IMG/VR virus record: IMGVR_UViG_3300045450_000145
Coordinates: 96,001 to 160,000 of that record
Source: a virus
Length of the DNA stretch: 64,000 bases
Strand: one strand, 5' to 3'
A model generated the notes under the pieces. That model worked only from the letters and a program-made list of their open reading frames with translations. It searched no databases and had not been told where the DNA came from. Positions 61,281 through 64,000 of the stretch are shown here, in pieces (the first letter of the stretch is position 1; each line of letters opens with the position of its first letter). The position numbers and the translations under genes are program-made.

Positions 61281-64000
61281 ACGGACTGTCTAATTGTGGT
61301 AGGAGTAAGTGCCTCGACGATTTCAATATCAGATAGCTCTGCCGCTGACTGTAAGATTTCATCAAACCCTGGTTCTACCGTAAAGAGAGAACCAAATGAG
61401 TTAGTTGAATAAACAGGCACTAACACGACAGATGCAATGTCAGCCGGCAATCTCTGGTGAATGAGAGTAATGAGCTTAGTTAGGTAGAAGGAATCTCCAA
61501 AGTCCCAATCGTCAATTTGGAAGAAAGTATTTATCACGTTAATAATCTCTTCCTTGATTCTTTCATTGGTTAGAGTTCCAGTCTGTGATCTTACAACCTT
61601 GAATTTAGCGCGGAGCTGTGGTTCAGCGAGGGACCCAAACAACAATCTGATTTTACCAGAATGTAAAACGACGGTGTCAGATAGCATCTTATTCTTTAGT
61701 AAGTAACCATATGAGTTTCTCAACTCAAGAGGTGTCGGTGCAGTCGGTGCGCTTTCACTGATTCCTCTAACGTAAGAAATAACGCTATCATAATAGCCGC
61801 GAGTTAATACAAACATGTCATGAATGTTGGTCGCAGATGGATCTATAATATTTGTATATGGTGAGAAGTGCTGCCACATGAAGTCCAAACCATCATCACC
61901 TGAATTCAAAGCCGGCATGCGTTGACGTCGGCCGTAAATCTGATTATTATCAACAAATGCGCCCGCCGCCCACGTAGATGATGCAGCCTTTGCAATTTCT
62001 TCTCTGTCAGTCGCCAGTAATGGATTAAAGGTATAAGATGCATTTGCTAAGTTAAAATACTCAAATGAGTTATTAGCAAAAGTTTCGAACTGGAGTAGAC
62101 GATCTGGGATTAAATCACCACTTTCGTCCTCCTTTAGCAAGTCAGATGGGATAATCTCCAAGCTATTAAAGTCAATAATTCCATTATCATCCTTGACCGC
62201 ACCAACGACGTCATAAATTTGACTTTTCTTAATTATATTGCCAGCAGAATCAAAGTTGCTCTTTAAGATTCTAATGCGATCATAGACAACGTCTTTAGTT
62301 TCATTATCTAAAATTTGATCCGCTGAGTTATACCAGAACTTTGTAGTTGGAGACTTAATAGTCAATTTTAATTCACGGTTGTGAATTTCATAACCGATGA
62401 TATTATTAGTTGGCTGCTGTCTAATTTTCTTAATAAAGATAACCCAACTATGTTGCTTAATGTCAGCATTAATGTCTGACGTAGTAAACTTCAAGTCATG
62501 CCGGCGGCTCTCTAAGATACCGCTTTCATAATCGCGTAGCTGAGTGAAGCCCATGATTTCCCACCAGCCATTCAAGTTGATGACTTGCTTTGAATCAAAA
62601 TTGCGAATATTAAACTTTTTAGTGTTAGAATTATAATCTAAAACAAATGCATCGCCTGGCTCAAACTTAATATCACCTTGTGTTACCGTAAAGAAGTCAG
62701 TAATAATTTGCGATGATACAGGCCTAATTTGATATTTTGAATTAACAGTCCCAGATGGGAAAGAACCTCTCAAGTTGCTTCTAACATCCAAAGTCAAACC
62801 ATCAGCCTGCACTTCAATCGTGAATACCTCGCCATCTTCAGTTAAATCAGGCGTGTTGTGAATATTGATAAACCCATTACCAATACCTGAGAGGTATGGG
62901 TTATAGCGTAAAGCGAAGTAATCCTGCTCAGCGATTGGCTGTAAGCCAGATCCAATATCTCCTGGTGGAAACTTATTAACTCCGTCAATTGTTCTTGGTG
63001 TGTTAGCTGAGTAAATCTTAGAGTCGTCTTTTGGATATTCGTCAGGGTCCAAGATTTTAGCCATGATAGAGCCAGTGACAGGGTCTTGCACATACTCAAG
63101 CGGCTCACCATACCAATGTCTATCAATTAAACCTTGAATTGCAGTTTTTTCCTTGAGTGAGCCATCACTATTACCAAGAACTGCCGCGGGATTGCCACTC
63201 TTATCGAAGTATAAATTGCCTCTATTGTCCTCAATGAACTTACGACGGGGAGAACTAACAACGCCCCTCAATGCAGGGTCAGTTGCAGTAATATGCAAGA
63301 GAGTATTGATGACACCGCTGGTATTCAATAAAGGTTCAATGACATTGTCAATTAGGGCTTGACCAGAGACAGATGTGGTTTGAGTATTGATTCCCATCTG
63401 ATAACGCATTGTGGCATCATCACCAAATAACTTGATGTTTTCATAACTACCAGATGCGTCATTCCAATCCAGGTATTTTGGCTGCCCGGCAAAGGTTCTA
63501 TTGATGCCCTTCAGACGTAAGATTGACGGGTCTTTTAATGGGTAGGTGTTGTAATCCTGGCCATTAACCATTCTATTTTGAGAATAGTAAGTCGAAGGCG
63601 CGGCGCGGCGGATGTGCTCAATACTTTCTGTTCCAGACCCGTTCTGCAGAGTCGTAGTCAGGCTGAATGTTAACGCACAAGTTTCACTATTACCCAAACT
63701 AGATGCATAACTGAAGTTCATACTTTCATTAGCAACTCTATTTTTTTGAATAACAATGCTTCTATTTGCAGACTGACGCATCCAAAAACGGAATGTTCCA
63801 ACTGGAGCGTCGCTGAAGTCGCCATCACCAAACACTACCGCAATTTGATCGTTTTCACGAGTATCAATTTCAAACTTACGTCGACTGCTGCGGTCGTTAT
63901 TAAAAACTAAATTCTGTTCATTGATAGTATCGACCTGATTCCACCTTTCAACCACATTGTCATTCTCAACACGCTGCACCCAAACGTCAGTGTGATTAAT
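61277..64000 (-). CDS. gp6: Baseplate wedge subunit (T4 gp6-like); 5'-truncated by window edge
   Basis: VVFGDG-x-F...P-x-G, ESIEHIR-x-x-AP-x-x-Y-x-x-QNRMV-x-x-x-DY; frame is open to base 64000. Confidence 0.9.
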   Translation of the reverse strand: MNHTDVWVQRVENDNVVERWNQVDTINEQNLVFNNDRSSRRKFEIDTRENDQIAVVFGDGDFSDAPVGTFRFWMRQSANRSIVIQKNRVANESMNFSYASSLGNSETCALTFSLTTTLQNGSGTESIEHIRRAAPSTYYSQNRMVNGQDYNTYPLKDPSILRLKGINRTFAGQPKYLDWNDASGSYENIKLFGDDATMRYQMGINTQTTSVSGQALIDNVIEPLLNTSGVINTLLHITATDPALRGVVSSPRRKFIEDNRGNLYFDKSGNPAAVLGNSDGSLKEKTAIQGLIDRHWYGEPLEYVQDPVTGSIMAKILDPDEYPKDDSKIYSANTPRTIDGVNKFPPGDIGSGLQPIAEQDYFALRYNPYLSGIGNGFINIHNTPDLTEDGEVFTIEVQADGLTLDVRSNLRGSFPSGTVNSKYQIRPVSSQIITDFFTVTQGDIKFEPGDAFVLDYNSNTKKFNIRNFDSKQVINLNGWWEIMGFTQLRDYESGILESRRHDLKFTTSDINADIKQHSWVIFIKKIRQQPTNNIIGYEIHNRELKLTIKSPTTKFWYNSADQILDNETKDVVYDRIRILKSNFDSAGNIIKKSQIYDVVGAVKDDNGIIDFNSLEIIPSDLLKEDESGDLIPDRLLQFETFANNSFEYFNLANASYTFNPLLATDREEIAKAASSTWAAGAFVDNNQIYGRRQRMPALNSGDDGLDFMWQHFSPYTNIIDPSATNIHDMFVLTRGYYDSVISYVRGISESAPTAPTPLELRNSYGYLLKNKMLSDTVVLHSGKIRLLFGSLAEPQLRAKFKVVRSQTGTLTNERIKEEIINVINTFFQIDDWDFGDSFYLTKLITLIHQRLPADIASVVLVPVYSTNSFGSLFTVEPGFDEILQSAAELSDIEIVEALTPTTIRQSV

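Noticed and set aside
1815-63362. Many 60-175 aa ORFs in the track that overlap long genes antisense or out of frame (for example 5113-5640, 18354-18926, 21017-21529, 31462-31881, 42055-42579)
   Set aside because: They shadow well-supported genes, lack an RBS or promoter, and show the Ser/low-complexity bias expected from the reverse complement of acidic or Ala-rich coding sequence.
1-64000. Stop-codon reassignment, as seen in some large phages
   Set aside because: Core genes are full length under code 11, and TAA, TAG and TGA all occur as normal stops.

Overview
This is a 64-kb segment of a large lytic myovirus (jumbo-phage-like, T4-type gene set) with a Gram-negative host, inferred from its spanins and lipoproteins. 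It reads in standard code 11. No tRNA, rRNA, CRISPR array or integrase was seen. Plus strand 1-35.4 kb holds the 3' part of a beta-propeller tail fibre, then an accessory region of small genes driven by TGTACA-N16/17-TATAAT promoters. That region includes a secreted HNH protein, a zinc-less Nei/Fpg, an AAA ATPase, three paralogous lipoproteins, a P-loop kinase, a DEDDh exonuclease, an NDT-like protein and a receiver-fold phosphatase-like protein. Next come the replisome genes (family B polymerase, clamp, RNase H, primase, helicase), Pth2, a lytic transglycosylase and an antisense HNH homing endonuclease. A late-promoter (TAAATA) cluster of probable head-internal proteins follows, including a ligase-like nucleotidyltransferase. 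A bidirectional terminator at 35.46 kb marks the switch to the minus-strand virion block: PAAR, C92 papain, Ig+M23+GH108 hydrolase, spanins, fibre/decoration proteins, very large baseplate proteins and a gp6-like wedge running off the window. The best leads are three tandem ADP-ribosyltransferase-fold paralogs with head-targeting-like N-termini inside the baseplate operon, the late ligase-like protein, a promoter-driven structured RNA of about 110-200 nt after rnh, a dispersed 26-nt intergenic repeat, and two further paralog trios. All product calls come from recognising motifs by eye; no searches were run.
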